Source of the DNA: an uncultured delta proteobacterium
Lineage (GTDB): Bacteria > Desulfobacterota > Desulfomonilia > Desulfomonilales > Desulfomonilaceae
Direction of reading: 5' to 3'
DNA length: 64,000 nt
Assembly (NCBI GenBank): GCA_963789265.1
Contig: CAWBKB010000001.1
Span: 1,952,001 to 2,016,000, forward strand
Shown: positions 14,750 to 25,881 of the stretch, piece by piece
How the letters are laid out: each line of letters opens with the position of its first letter
Numbering within the stretch: position 1 is the first letter of the stretch
Made by a program: the position numbers and the translations under genes
Notes under the pieces: model-generated
The model's database searches: none
The model's input: the letters and a program-made list of their open reading frames with translations, nothing else
Told to the model about the DNA's origin: nothing

Positions 14750-14930
14750 CATTTGCGTTAAGTTAAGCGTGATGCGTAATAAAAACTGCCGTTCAGCATG
14801 TAGGATGTGCTGAACCCTGCCAAGGCAGGGGAAGCGCATCGGCCGCGTCAGCGCTCCGTCTTACACAATCGATGCGCTTCGCTTCGCTCAGCACATCCTA
14901 CGAAATTGCTGCTTAACTTAACGCGAATTG
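14750..14930. mobile_element. MITE family C with 9-bp target-site duplication, inserted in a REP palindrome
   Basis: TIRs CATTTGCGTTAAGTTAAGC / GCTTAACTTAACGCGAATTG; flanking direct repeat GCGGACGCG at 14741-14749 and 14931-14939; internal GTAGGATGTGCTGA...TCAGCACATCCTAC doublet. Confidence 0.85.
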
Positions 14931-15176
14931 GCGGACGCGGGAACCCAGTAAGACCGGCCTCCCCGCGGGACGCGGGGTTGTTCACGAAACGCCGGCAGGG
15001 ACGCCGGCGCTACCGTGCAATTGGTACCGTAATCATGAAACTCTGCACTAAGTACTATAAAGCCTAAATCCGGTTCCGTATTCTGGTAACATCGCTGTCT
15101 TTCTCGCGTACGCAGGAATCGAGAAGGCCGGCTCTAGAGAATGACTTTCAGCCATCGTGCGTCCATCAGCCCTTCC

Positions 15177-16973
15177 TCACCTTGCGGCTCGCTGCAAGCG
15201 CTCTTCGAGGTGGGCCAACTCTTGATGCAGCCCGTCAGGAAGCCTGTCGCCGAATTGTTCGAAATGCTCCCGGATGAGAGGCACCTCAGACAACCACTCG
15301 TCAATATCCACTTTCAGCAGTTCGTCCATGGCAGAAGGCTCTACGGTAAGACCCATAAGATCGAGTGAGTCAGGAGCGGGCAAACGGCCGATTGGTGTCT
15401 CGATCGCCTTTCCTCTGCCGCTCACGCGTTCGAAAACCCACTTGAGTACCCGGCTGTTCTCGCCATATCCCGGCCACAGGAATCTTCCGTCGGAGTCCTT
15501 GCGGAACCAATTGACATAGTAGATTCTTGGCAATTTGTCCGCTTCAGCGCTCGCACCGATTCTCAGCCAGTGCGCGAAATAATCCGCCATGTGATAGCCG
15601 CAGAACGGAAGCATTGCCATCGGATCGCGCCGCAGCCGACCCACCTTCCCCGCCGCGGCAGCGGTGGTTTCGCTGCTCGTGATCGATCCAAGAAAAGTCC
15701 CGTGTTGCCAACTCAATGCCTCGGTAACCAGTGGTATCACTGTGCCGCGGCGCCCACCAAAGAGGATCGCGTCTATGGGCACGCCGTTGGGATCTTCCCA
15801 CTCCGGAGCGATGGCAGGACATTGCCTTGCCGGGGCCGTGAAGCGAGCATTCGGATGCGCCGCGTTTCGCCCGCACTGGGGCATCCATCGCCGTCGCAGC
15901 CAGTCCGTCAACTCGGCTGGTTCCTCCTCTGTCAGCCCTTCCCACCACACGTCGCCTTCCGGCGTAATAGCGCAATTGGTGAAGATTGAATTTTTGCAAG
16001 CTGTTAGTACCGCATTAGCATTTGTTTTCATACTGGTGCCCGGGGCTACGCCGAAGAAGCCCGCCTCGGGGTTGATCGCATATAGCCTTCCATCCGAGCC
16101 GAACTTCATCCATGCAATATCGTCGCCGATGGGCTCCACCCGCCACCCCGGAATGGTGGGGATCAGCATGGCAAGGTTGGTTTTGCCGCAAGCAGACGGA
16201 AACGCTCCGGTTATGTAGCGTACTTCACCTTCAGGGCTGACCAGTTTGAGGATCAGCATGTGCTCAGCCATCCAGCCCTCATCACGAGCCTGGACACAGG
16301 CGATGCGAAGCGCATGGCACTTCTTCCCCAACAGTGCGTTGCCCCCATACCCGGACCCGTAGGACCAAATCTCTCGCGTTTCCGGGAAGTGGCATATATA
16401 CTTTTCTTTTGCATTGCAAGGCCAGGGAACGTCGGGAGTCCCGGATTCGAGTGGCGCTCCAACCGAGTGGAGCCCCTTCACGAACTCGCCGTCCTCTCCG
16501 AGCACGTCCAGGACGTCGGTCCCTACGCGGGTCATGATGTGCATGTTGGCCACGACATACGGCGAATCCGTGATCTCCACTCCTATCTTGGCAATGGGTG
16601 AGCCCGTAGGCCCCATACTGTAAGGAATCACGTACATCCGTCGACCCTTCATAGAGCCTGCAAAAAATCCGGAAAGTTTGGCCTTCATTTCCGCGGGGTC
16701 CGCCCAGTTGTTTGTCGGCCCTGCGTCTTCTTGCAGCCTCGAACATATAAAGGTCCGGTCTTCAACGCGAGCCACGTCGGCAGGGTCCGAGCGGATATAG
16801 ACACTGTTCGGCCGTCTGGACGAATCCATTGGCATGGCGGTGCCGGTGTGAATCATCACTCGCAGCATTCGCTGATATTCCTCTTCCGTACCTTCACACC
16901 AGCGGATCCGTTCCGGCCGACACATCTGAGCGACCTCTTCGACCCATTCTGCCAACTTCTTGTGCCTGATCAT
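15177..16973 (-). CDS. pckG: Phosphoenolpyruvate carboxykinase (GTP)
   Basis: [57 protein letters not shown]. Confidence 0.98.
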   Translation of the reverse strand: MIRHKKLAEWVEEVAQMCRPERIRWCEGTEEEYQRMLRVMIHTGTAMPMDSSRRPNSVYIRSDPADVARVEDRTFICSRLQEDAGPTNNWADPAEMKAKLSGFFAGSMKGRRMYVIPYSMGPTGSPIAKIGVEITDSPYVVANMHIMTRVGTDVLDVLGEDGEFVKGLHSVGAPLESGTPDVPWPCNAKEKYICHFPETREIWSYGSGYGGNALLGKKCHALRIACVQARDEGWMAEHMLILKLVSPEGEVRYITGAFPSACGKTNLAMLIPTIPGWRVEPIGDDIAWMKFGSDGRLYAINPEAGFFGVAPGTSMKTNANAVLTACKNSIFTNCAITPEGDVWWEGLTEEEPAELTDWLRRRWMPQCGRNAAHPNARFTAPARQCPAIAPEWEDPNGVPIDAILFGGRRGTVIPLVTEALSWQHGTFLGSITSSETTAAAAGKVGRLRRDPMAMLPFCGYHMADYFAHWLRIGASAEADKLPRIYYVNWFRKDSDGRFLWPGYGENSRVLKWVFERVSGRGKAIETPIGRLPAPDSLDLMGLTVEPSAMDELLKVDIDEWLSEVPLIREHFEQFGDRLPDGLHQELAHLEERLQRAAR

Positions 16974-17266
16974 TCTGACTCCTCATGCGGGCGCGCAATA
17001 CAGCTTCGCGGCACGACCCATTATCGCTCCCAACGGATTCGCGGTCATGGCCTATGCCCCCGTGGCCCGACGACTTGCATTGCAAAGACGCCCCTGTTTT
17101 CCGTGTTCGGCCCTGAAAATGGGCAAGTCGGTATTTTATTCCTTTTCCTTGCTTTAGAGCAAATGCTTTTTCCAGTGCAGGCGTTCTACCTTGCCTTGGT
17201 CCGATGCAGTCTAACCCCTCAAATCTGTTGGGCAACTGTTGCCTTTTTTGCACAAAACAGGTACCA

Positions 17267-18112
17267 ATGGTTGCTGTCCGTCGTAAAAGCCTGGAAGCTG
17301 ATGCTTACCGGTCGCGGCCTCTTTGTCCCGGAGCCCGGTCGCAGGTGTCATCCGGGTCTCAGTCTTCGTGTGCAAAGGAAACAAGAGACTTGCCTTCCAG
17401 ATCGGTTTGGTTCGCGGCCGCCGCGGTCATAATATGTTCCACATGGCTGGCGGCATGCATCCCGGCTATCTTTGGCACGAAACAGAAGGCAGCGGGCGAT
17501 GGACCTGACAGCAGCCCATCACACCTCTCGAAGTCTACACACCCCACTGACCGGAAGCCCAGTTTGGCGGCCGGAAATTCCGGTGCCGGGGTACGGCGAG
17601 CCGGTTCGGGAAGTTCTACGCATTCCTTTGAGGCCGCGGCCAAGACGACGCGAGGTTCGAAGCTCTGGGCGGAACAAGGTGCCTCGGTCCGGATCGATCC
17701 CGGAAAACAAGAGACCGGCTCCAAAGAGGAAAAGCGCCCTGCAGGGGAATCATCCTCTCTCGCCAAAGCCGGCTCAAATGTACTTTCGAAGGCAGCGCCC
17801 CGATTCAAGAGACACAATCACGAAAAATACACTGAAAAGATTAGGAACAAAGCCAAAGACAAGGTGAACAAAGAAAGGACCTGCACTTATGCAACACTTT
17901 GCAGAGATTCCACCACCGATGAATGGTCGTTGTGGATCTACCGCTCTGAAGCTAAGACTTATCGATTCGTTGCCTACTCATGGGACGAAGTAGATGAAAA
18001 ATGGGAAAAATCTTTCGAGTCGGACAAACGTCCTCTTTCGGGCCTTAAACATCATCTTGAATTCACCGCCGTGGGCAAAGATTGCCAGATCCTGAAGGGC
18101 AGGAAGCGTTGA
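17267..18112 (+). CDS. Hypothetical lipoprotein with a low-complexity linker (start uncertain)
   Basis: Hydrophobic stretch ending in lipobox-like LAAC; S/G/K-rich linker; globular C-terminal domain. Confidence 0.6.
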   Translation: MVAVRRKSLEADAYRSRPLCPGARSQVSSGSQSSCAKETRDLPSRSVWFAAAAVIICSTWLAACIPAIFGTKQKAAGDGPDSSPSHLSKSTHPTDRKPSLAAGNSGAGVRRAGSGSSTHSFEAAAKTTRGSKLWAEQGASVRIDPGKQETGSKEEKRPAGESSSLAKAGSNVLSKAAPRFKRHNHEKYTEKIRNKAKDKVNKERTCTYATLCRDSTTDEWSLWIYRSEAKTYRFVAYSWDEVDEKWEKSFESDKRPLSGLKHHLEFTAVGKDCQILKGRKR

Positions 18113-18241
18113 CATCAGTTCACGGTAAACCCGCAAACCGCGAGGCGAATAGGACAAAAATCTCTGCAATTGTTGTATACTCAATAAACCGGAGGCTTGA
18201 AAGTTTGTCGTTGTGACATTTGAGTCTCAAACTTCCTGCTG

Positions 18242-18943
18242 ATGAAGGAGGTTCAACTCGTGTCAGCAATTCATAATCGTTATTTTCCCGACCAAATGCG
18301 AGTTCCCTGCAATACCGCTCTGAAATTGCTGCTCTTTGGCTTCTTCGTCGCATCTATTTCCGGTCACTTCTCCAGTTCGGCCGCGCTCGGTCTTCAGACG
18401 AGAGAGGAATGCGACAAATGTTGCCAGCACCAGGGCTTCGATGAATATTACACGGAACAGTGTAAACTGAAGTGCTTTCGAAATCACGACCATTGCGTTG
18501 GGCAAAAGTCGATGCGAACGCCCGCTGCTAAGCCTTCTGTCCAAGCACCCGCGCCACAGCCCCCGCCCTCGGTCCAAGCGCCACCACAACGCCCGCCCTC
18601 GGCCCAAGGACCGCCTCAACGCCCCCCTTCGGCCCAAGGACCACCTCAACGCCCGCCCTCGACCCAAGGACCACCACAACGCCCGCCTTCGGCCCAAGGA
18701 CCCGGACGTGAGCATAAGGGAACCGCGTTCAGATGGCCCAATCCCCTGAATCTGGTCCCTGGACGAGAACGTGAAGCTGCGGCACAGATTTTGGCCATCA
18801 ACGGAATTCCGCCTCAGAATCCCAGCTATGCGGCTGCTTTGCAGAGCGTGACCAATGTCTTGATGAACTTTGCGCGGGCCCATCCATCCGGCGGCAGGCT
18901 TCCGACGTCACAACTGGAACACATCCTGCGACAATTGAGGTAG
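18242..18943 (+). CDS. Secreted protein with Cys-rich N-domain and proline-rich repeats
   Basis: Signal peptide, CDKCC...CKLKC...C, (PPSAQGPPQR)n. Confidence 0.75.
   Translation: MKEVQLVSAIHNRYFPDQMRVPCNTALKLLLFGFFVASISGHFSSSAALGLQTREECDKCCQHQGFDEYYTEQCKLKCFRNHDHCVGQKSMRTPAAKPSVQAPAPQPPPSVQAPPQRPPSAQGPPQRPPSAQGPPQRPPSTQGPPQRPPSAQGPGREHKGTAFRWPNPLNLVPGREREAAAQILAINGIPPQNPSYAAALQSVTNVLMNFARAHPSGGRLPTSQLEHILRQLR
18562..18704 (+). repeat. 30-bp coding tandem repeat (~5 units, PPS[AVT]Q[GA]PPQR)
   Basis: Repeated CCCGCCCTCGGCCCAAGGACCACCTCAACG-like units. Confidence 0.9.
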
Positions 18944-19044
18944 TCAAAGGGCGTCCCCGGCAAACGACCCCGCAATGGAGTGCGAGAAGGCATATTGTTG
19001 TCACTCCGGTCAGGCTCCCGCATCGTGAGAACACAAGACCGTTA

Positions 19045-20986
19045 TTGATGAAGCTTCCATTGCAAATCGGACTAGCGACAGCTATTTGGACAGCGGTAAC
19101 GGCTATCCTGCTAGTTATGCCTGTGCCGCACCTTTCGGCCTCGAACTCCCCTGCGAAGACCGATAGTTCTCACCGACCGCAATTGATTCCATCACCGGCG
19201 GCGGATACAACCGAATCAGCCCCACTCTACCCCACCTGGTGGGGCAGCCCCCCGGCAATACCGAAGCAAGTTCCCTGCAAGGACCCCGGGAAGTGCGTCA
19301 CGTGCCATGAGAAGACTTCAAGCATGGACATGAAACACGCGGTCGCATGTACCCGGTGCCACGGAGGAGACGCTCAAGCTAAGGACAAAGACGCTGCTCA
19401 TGCCGGCCTGATCAAAGATCCCGGCGATCTGAAGAAGGTCAACAAGACTTGCGGAAAATGTCACCCGGAAAAGGCGCGCAGGGTAAAGCATTCTGCTATG
19501 GCACTGGCCCCGAGAATGATCAACCAGACTCGATTCGCTTTCGGCGCACAAAAAAGCCCTGAAGCCAAATGCGCAACCATCGACATCGGCGAGCTGAAGC
19601 AAGTCCCCGATCCGGCCGTTTCTCAGAAACCTCGGAGATGATTTATTGAGGCGCTCATGTCTGAGATGCCACCTTTACACAAAAGGTTCGCAGCGTTGGG
19701 GGGAACATCGCGGTTTGGGATGCTCGGCATGCCACATTGCTTACCCGAATAGCAGCGATGGGAAGCCGCGTGCCCACGCTGTGGTTCGGGATGCCGGGAT
19801 TACCGCGTGCCTGAAATGCCATAACTCCAACCACGTCGGAGCAGATTATGTCGGGCTGTTCGAAAAAGATTTCGACCGCGGCTTCAGATCCCCAGTCACA
19901 CAGGGACATCAAGCCCACAGAATTTATGGGTCCGAGCAGCACCGCCTGATGCCTGACGTTCATTTCCGCGCCGGCATGACATGCATGGTTTGTCATACGC
20001 TGGATGAGGTACATGGCACTGGAGAAATCCCCCGCTCGCCGTACAACCACGTAAAGATTTCCTGCAAGGGTTGCCACGTTCGCGGAGATCATCCGGCCAT
20101 TCACAGAAAAAATAACGGGGAAATGATCTTGGCCCGAGGAATAGAGCGAAAAGTTCCCGCTTGGAATCCGCAGACTATCCCGCACAGTATAAAAATTCAC
20201 CGGGAGAAGCTCAAATGTTCCGCGTGCCATGCTGCCTGGTCGTTTCAGGATTACGGCTTCCACCTCATGCTGGAGGAAAGAGCTGATTACTGGAAATGGG
20301 CCACCACCGCGGCCCAAAATGATCCGCAGGTGCAGAAGCTTCTGAAGCGCGAGATTGGCACTTATGCGGAATTGATACCTCCTTCAGGAGGGCGGATACC
20401 TCCGAAACCGACTGATAAATGGGACCCACCGGTTACAAGGGATTGGCTCACGGGCGAATCGCGGCCGGGCGCGTGGTTCAGAGGTTTCACCGAAAGAATA
20501 TGGTCCCATCCTCCTCTCGGCTTGGATCGCCGCGCCAAGGTTTCCATAATGCGCCCAATGTATCAGTACGTGATTTCGCACGTGGATGCCGATAGCAATT
20601 TGCTTTTGGACCGCGAAATTCCAACTACCGGCGCCGGTCACCCCTCATTGATAATCAATCCGTACTCTCCGCACACCATTGCACCAAAAGGAAGGGCCTG
20701 TCAGGACTGCCACGGCAGTCCGAAAGCCGCGGGCCTTGGAGAGGGCCGCATGGGCATCGAGAAACCGGGATTCAGATCGGTATGGAGACGCGAGTCCCAG
20801 ATCCCGGGGCGCAAGTTCCTTTGGGATGCGCTTGTGGACGGGAAGGGCAACCCGCTTCAGTGGAGCAGCCACCCGTCCGCGGGCCCCTTGGACGCTGAAA
20901 CGGTCAAGCTGCTGCTCAACCCTCCACCTCGTCAGCGGGCCGAGTGGTCCAGATATTTAAGCGGGAACCGCAGCAGCCGACCTTGA
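19045..20986 (+). CDS. Exported multiheme cytochrome c, 10 CxxCH (one +1 frameshift near 19629)
   Basis: Signal peptide; CVTCH, CTRCH, CGKCH, then CLRCH, CSACH, CLKCH, CMVCH, CKGCH, CSACH, CQDCH; removing one A gives SQNLGDDLLRRSCLRCH. Confidence 0.9.
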
Positions 20987-21011
20987 CAGTGGTCAGGCTC
21001 AAAGGTATCCT
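20983..21011 (+). promoter_or_regulatory. sigma70-type promoter of gatCAB
   Basis: TTGACA, 17-nt spacer, TATCCT. Confidence 0.65.
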
Positions 21012-21074
21012 ACAATACTCGATTTTCAAGCCTGGGTGGTTGTCTTTACTCGGTACTTTCACAGAAGGTCAAAC

Positions 21075-21362
21075 ATGAAAATCACGCGTGAACAAGTCGA
21101 TTATGTAGCCCTTCTTGGCAGATTGGCTCTTGAACTTGAAGAAAAGGAAAAATACCTGGGTCAATTGGACGATATTCTCAAATATATGGATATGTTGGCC
21201 GAAGTACCCACTGACGACGTGGAACCCATGGCTGGCCCGGTCCAACTTTACACGCCATTGAGAGAGGATGAAGTCAAGCCCTCGCTTCGCGTGCAGGAGG
21301 CCCTCGCGAATGCCCCGGACCGGCACGACACATCCTTTCGGGTGCCCAAGGTCATAGAATAG
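21075..21362 (+). CDS. gatC: Asp/Glu-tRNA amidotransferase subunit C
   Basis: MKITREQVDYVALLGRL...LREDE...LANAP...FRVPKVIE. Confidence 0.95.
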   Translation: MKITREQVDYVALLGRLALELEEKEKYLGQLDDILKYMDMLAEVPTDDVEPMAGPVQLYTPLREDEVKPSLRVQEALANAPDRHDTSFRVPKVIE

Positions 21363-21390
21363 ATGAACCATTCGAACGAGGAATGATACG

Positions 21391-22851
21391 TTGGCAAATC
21401 TTCATCAAATGACTGCCACCGAACTCGCCCGAGTTCTTCGAGAGAAGAAGGCGAGCTCCGTCGAGATCACCAAGGCTTTCCTGAGTCGAATCGAAGCGCT
21501 TGAAGCAAAGGTCCACGCATTCATTACTGTTGCACCGGAACTCGCACTGGACATGGCCAAGGAAGCCGATCGCATGTTGGCCGGCGGACAGGGACGGCCA
21601 TTGACCGGAATCCCTATCGCGGTCAAGGACAACATGTGCATTAAAGGGCTCAGAACCACCTGCGGATCGAAAATCCTTCAGAATTTTTTTCCCCCTTATG
21701 ACGCGGAGGTGGTGCGTCGTTTACGCAAAGAAGGCTTGGTCATCCTGGGAACCGCAAACTGCGATGAATTTGCAATGGGATCTTCCACGGAGACTTCCTA
21801 TTGGGGAACAACCCATAACCCCTGGAATCTGGACATGATCCCGGGTGGTTCAAGTGGGGGCTCGGCCGCGGCTGTGGCGGCTGGAGAAGCAGTTGTGTCG
21901 CTGGGGTCGGACACCGGCGGTTCCATCAGGCTGCCCGCGGCTTTTTGTGGAGTAACAGGGATAAAGCCTACTTATGGAGCAGTCTCCCGCTACGGGCTGG
22001 TTGCGTATGCATCGAGCCTCGACCAGATTGGCCCAATCAGCCGCGATGTTCATGACTTGGCCCTGCTTCTGAACTTGCTATGCGGTCATGACCCGAAGGA
22101 TTCCACCTCCGTTCCCAGGGCGTACCCGGACTTTGCAGAATTCCTCGAGAAACCCGTCAAAGGTATGACGCTGGGTCTTCCCAAAGAATTCTTTAACAAA
22201 CTGACCAACGCGGACGTGGAAAAAGTTATCGCGGAGACGCAATCGGTTTTCCGCGGACTTGGCGTGAGCTTCGTGGATCTGTCACTGCCGCACCTTGATT
22301 ACGGTATTGCCGCCTATTACATCATAGCTCCCAGCGAGGCTTCGTCAAACCTGGCACGATATGACGGCGTCAAGTACGGCCACAGGGCCGCCAAGTTCGA
22401 CAGCATGATCGACATGTATTGCAGGACGCGCGCCGAGGGCTTCGGCCCGGAAGTAAAACGGCGCATCATGCTGGGAACTTACGCGCTTTCATCAGGGTAC
22501 TACGACGCTTATTATTTGAAAGCCGCAAAGGTGCGCACGCTCATCACGCTGGACTTCAAGAAAGCTTTCGAGAGTTGCGACGCTATCCTATGTCCAACCG
22601 CGCCGTCTCCGGCTTTTGCAATCGGCGAGAAGATAGACGACCCGATCCAAATGTATCTTACGGACGTTTTCACCATCCCTGTCAACATGGCAGGCTTGCC
22701 CGGCATGGCCATTCCGGCCGGCTTTTCCACGGACGGACTACCCGTAGGGTTGCAACTTATTGCTCCACACTTCGAGGAAGCTCGACTGATCCAACTGGCT
22801 GCGGCTTTCCAGAAAGAGACCGATCATCATCTAAAAAGACCCCCGTTATAG
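21391..22851 (+). CDS. gatA: Asp/Glu-tRNA amidotransferase subunit A
   Basis: Amidase signature [42 protein letters not shown]. Confidence 0.98.
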   Translation: MANLHQMTATELARVLREKKASSVEITKAFLSRIEALEAKVHAFITVAPELALDMAKEADRMLAGGQGRPLTGIPIAVKDNMCIKGLRTTCGSKILQNFFPPYDAEVVRRLRKEGLVILGTANCDEFAMGSSTETSYWGTTHNPWNLDMIPGGSSGGSAAAVAAGEAVVSLGSDTGGSIRLPAAFCGVTGIKPTYGAVSRYGLVAYASSLDQIGPISRDVHDLALLLNLLCGHDPKDSTSVPRAYPDFAEFLEKPVKGMTLGLPKEFFNKLTNADVEKVIAETQSVFRGLGVSFVDLSLPHLDYGIAAYYIIAPSEASSNLARYDGVKYGHRAAKFDSMIDMYCRTRAEGFGPEVKRRIMLGTYALSSGYYDAYYLKAAKVRTLITLDFKKAFESCDAILCPTAPSPAFAIGEKIDDPIQMYLTDVFTIPVNMAGLPGMAIPAGFSTDGLPVGLQLIAPHFEEARLIQLAAAFQKETDHHLKRPPL

Positions 22852-22860
22852 GATCAACCT

Positions 22861-24308
22861 ATGGAATACGAAGCTGTAATAGGACTGGAGATCCACGCTC
22901 AACTTCTTACCGATTCCAAGGCGTTCTGCTCCTGCACGACTCGCTTCGGATCGGAGCCCAATTCGAATACCTGCCCTATATGCCTGGGGATGCCGGGCGT
23001 TTTACCGGTTTTGAATCGAAAAGCCCTCGAATTTACCATTCGCATGGCCTTGGCATGCAACTGCGATATCAAAGAAGTCAGCAGATTTGCTCGAAAAAAC
23101 TATTACTACCCGGATCTCCCCAAGAATTACCAGATTTCACAATATGAACTTCCCGTGGCTGAACACGGATGGGTGGAAGTCGAAACAGAAGAGGGAATAA
23201 GACGCATAAGACTTACCCGAATTCACATGGAAGAGGATGCGGGAAAACTAATCCATGACGAAAACAAGCCCGTGTCGTATGTGGACCTTAACAGAACCGG
23301 CGTCCCCCTGATCGAGATTGTCTCCGAGCCCGAGATTCGCTCGCCGGAAGAAGCAGCGGCGTACTTGCGTGCGTTGCGGGCGATACTCGTATACCTCGAA
23401 ATCTGTGACGGCAACATGGAGGAAGGGAGTTTCCGCTGCGACGCAAACGTTTCTATCCGCCCGAAGGGAGAAACGTACCTGGGCGTGAAGACCGAACTCA
23501 AGAACATGAACTCTTTCAGAAACGTTCAGCGAGGGCTCCAGTACCGAAATCGATCGGCAAATCGTTCAGGCAACGGAAGGGGAAAAAATCATCCAGGAAA
23601 CTCGGCTCTTTGATGCCGCCACCGGGATGACCGTGTCCATGAGGAGCAAGGAACAAGCACACGATTACAGGTACTTCCCCGATCCGGACCTGTTGCCGGT
23701 GCACGTGGACCCGGAACTGGTGGAACGTATTAAGAGCGAACTCCCTGAACTACCCTCGCAAAAGAAAGATCGTTTTATCAAGAAGTTCGGGATACCACCT
23801 TATGACGCGGGAGTGCTCACCGCTTCCCGTGCAATGGCTGCATACTTTGAGGACACGGTGAGCCGGTTCCCCAGTCCAAAGATGGTAAGCAACTGGATCA
23901 TGACGGAACTCATCGAGAGAACTCAAAGGCGAAGAGTCCCGCATAAGCAGTTGCCCGGTCTCGCCCAACCAGATGGCCGACCTGCTCAAATTGATTGACG
24001 ACGGAACCATCTCGGGAAAGATAGCCAAGACAGTTTTTGAAGTGATGTATGCGACCGGTAGAGATGCCCGAGCTATTATAGAAGAAAAGGGCCTGGTGCA
24101 GGTTTCCGACACTGCCGAGCTGACAGCGATAATCAGCAAAATCCTGGATGATAATCCCGGTGAGGTCGCGAAATTCCTGGCAGGGAAGACCAAGGTCATG
24201 GGTTTCTTCGTAGGGCAAGTGATGAAGGCCACAAAAGGGAAGGCGAATCCTGCTGTCGTCAACCAAGTACTCACCAAAGAATTGAACTCCCGCTCGCTTG
24301 ACATGTGA
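22861..24308 (+). CDS. gatB: Asp/Glu-tRNA amidotransferase subunit B (two +1 frameshifts, ~23545 and ~23914)
   Basis: [49 protein letters not shown], distributed over three consecutive frames. Confidence 0.96.
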
Positions 24309-24487
24309 CACTCAAAGATTGATTATAAATTCGGTGTACATCTGTGCACTTCACCAACACCAACGTGCATTTGCAGGTTCTCCTGAAAATAGATACAGGG
24401 ATTTCCATGCAAGCCGGTTCGGAGGTCCCTGTGTTGCAGTGTGTGTTGTCGAGATCTTACATACGGCCGAGGTGACTCTTAGGTCAT

Positions 24488-24554
24488 GTGGGGCAGGCTT
24501 TCCAGCCTGCCATGAGCCAGGTTAAGGAGCAAACAGGCTGGAAAGCCTGCACAT
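24488..24554. repeat. REP-like doublet GCAGGCTTTCCAGCCTG / CAGGCTGGAAAGCCTGC
   Basis: Inverted pair of short palindromes in intergenic DNA. Confidence 0.7.
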
Positions 24555-24685
24555 GGGCATAACAGCATTTCCGCCGGCATCGGAATGTTCATCAGTCGAG
24601 ACAAAAAGAGCTTGAAAGTCAGTGCGCTAAAATGGCATAATAGAAAATTGCGGCCACTACACACAGAGGTTCCACCCAACAGAAA

Positions 24686-25108
24686 ATGGAAACAAAGCCC
24701 ACAAAAATAGTTGTGTACTATTGCCATAATCTCGGGCTCTTTCAGAACGGAGATCAGAAGGACTTTGCCCGATCGCGGCCCGGCCTCAGCCTTGTCGCCA
24801 TCCCCTGCTCCGGGAAGGTCGAAGCTCACCACCTGCTCAAGACAATGGCCTCGGGTGCTGAAGGAGTTCTCATCCTTGCATGCGCGGAGAAGGCCTGCCA
24901 GTACCTGGAAGGGTCTATGCGTGCCCGCAAGCGGGTTGGTTACGCCAAACGCTGGCTGGAACAAATCGAAATCGAACCTGAAAGGCTGGAATTTGTCAAC
25001 TTTCCCCGCGGGGACGAGGAGACATTGGATCGAACTTTGAAGGAATTTGCTTCTAAATTGGAATCGTTCAGTCACAAGCCCGCCATCGCGAATGCCAAGG
25101 CTAGTTGA
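24686..25108 (+). CDS. mvhD: MvhD-family [2Fe-2S] hydrogenase iron-sulfur subunit
   Basis: YYCH, IPCSGKV, GAEGVLILAC..AC.YLEG, IEPERL. Confidence 0.88.
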   Translation: METKPTKIVVYYCHNLGLFQNGDQKDFARSRPGLSLVAIPCSGKVEAHHLLKTMASGAEGVLILACAEKACQYLEGSMRARKRVGYAKRWLEQIEIEPERLEFVNFPRGDEETLDRTLKEFASKLESFSHKPAIANAKAS

Positions 25109-25212
25109 CGACCCTTCAACCCTGAATTGGCTCCCGCCTGACTAAACCGGTAAAGGGCTCAGCAAGAGAGACCGCTAGTACCGGCTGTTCCGGCCAACCA
25201 AGGAGGAAGTCT

Positions 25213-25881
25213 GTGATTGTTGCGGAGCTTAAGCAAGTAAGTGAAATCAGGAAGATGATCGACAGGTATTCGTCAATCCTCGTGGTTGGATGCGATTCCT
25301 GCGTGGCAGAGTGCGCGGCGGGCGGCCGCAAGGAAACAATGCTTCTCGCAGCCGCTCTGAAGCTCTCCTACAAGAATGACAACCAGAACCCCACGATAAC
25401 CGACGCATGTCTGGATCGCCAATGTGTAGATGACTTCATCGAAGGGATTGCGCATCAGGTCCCGGAACACGATGTGATCCTCTCTTTGGGTTGCGGCGCG
25501 GGCGTCCAGGCCTTGGCCCGAGTTTACACGGACAAGCCCATTATCCCTGCTCTGGACACGCTCTTCATAGGCGAGACCGAGATGAGGGGGATTTGGCAGG
25601 AGAATTGTCTTGGTTGCGGTCAATGCAAACTGGGCTACTTCGGCGCGGTATGCCCGGTAACACGATGTTCCAAAAAGCTTATGAACGGACCTTGCGGCGG
25701 GTCCAAGGGCGGCCGGTGCGAGGTTCACCCGGACATTCCTTGTGGCTGGGAGATGATAATGCGCCGCTTGGAGACCTTGGGAGAGTTGGACAGACTCAAA
25801 GAGTACGTGCCGCCGGTGAACTGGTCAACATCTCACTCGGGCGGACCACGTCGCGTTGTCAGGGAGGATCAAAAACCGTGA
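25213..25881 (+). CDS. metV: Methylene-THF reductase Fe-S/Zn subunit MetV
   Basis: GCDSCVAEC, RQC, CGAGVQ, CLGCGQC, CPVTRCSKKLMNGPCGG, CGW. Confidence 0.92.
   Translation: MIVAELKQVSEIRKMIDRYSSILVVGCDSCVAECAAGGRKETMLLAAALKLSYKNDNQNPTITDACLDRQCVDDFIEGIAHQVPEHDVILSLGCGAGVQALARVYTDKPIIPALDTLFIGETEMRGIWQENCLGCGQCKLGYFGAVCPVTRCSKKLMNGPCGGSKGGRCEVHPDIPCGWEMIMRRLETLGELDRLKEYVPPVNWSTSHSGGPRRVVREDQKP

Noticed and set aside
18562..18704. 30-bp periodic repeat as a CRISPR or ncRNA array
   Set aside because: In-frame coding repeat without spacers
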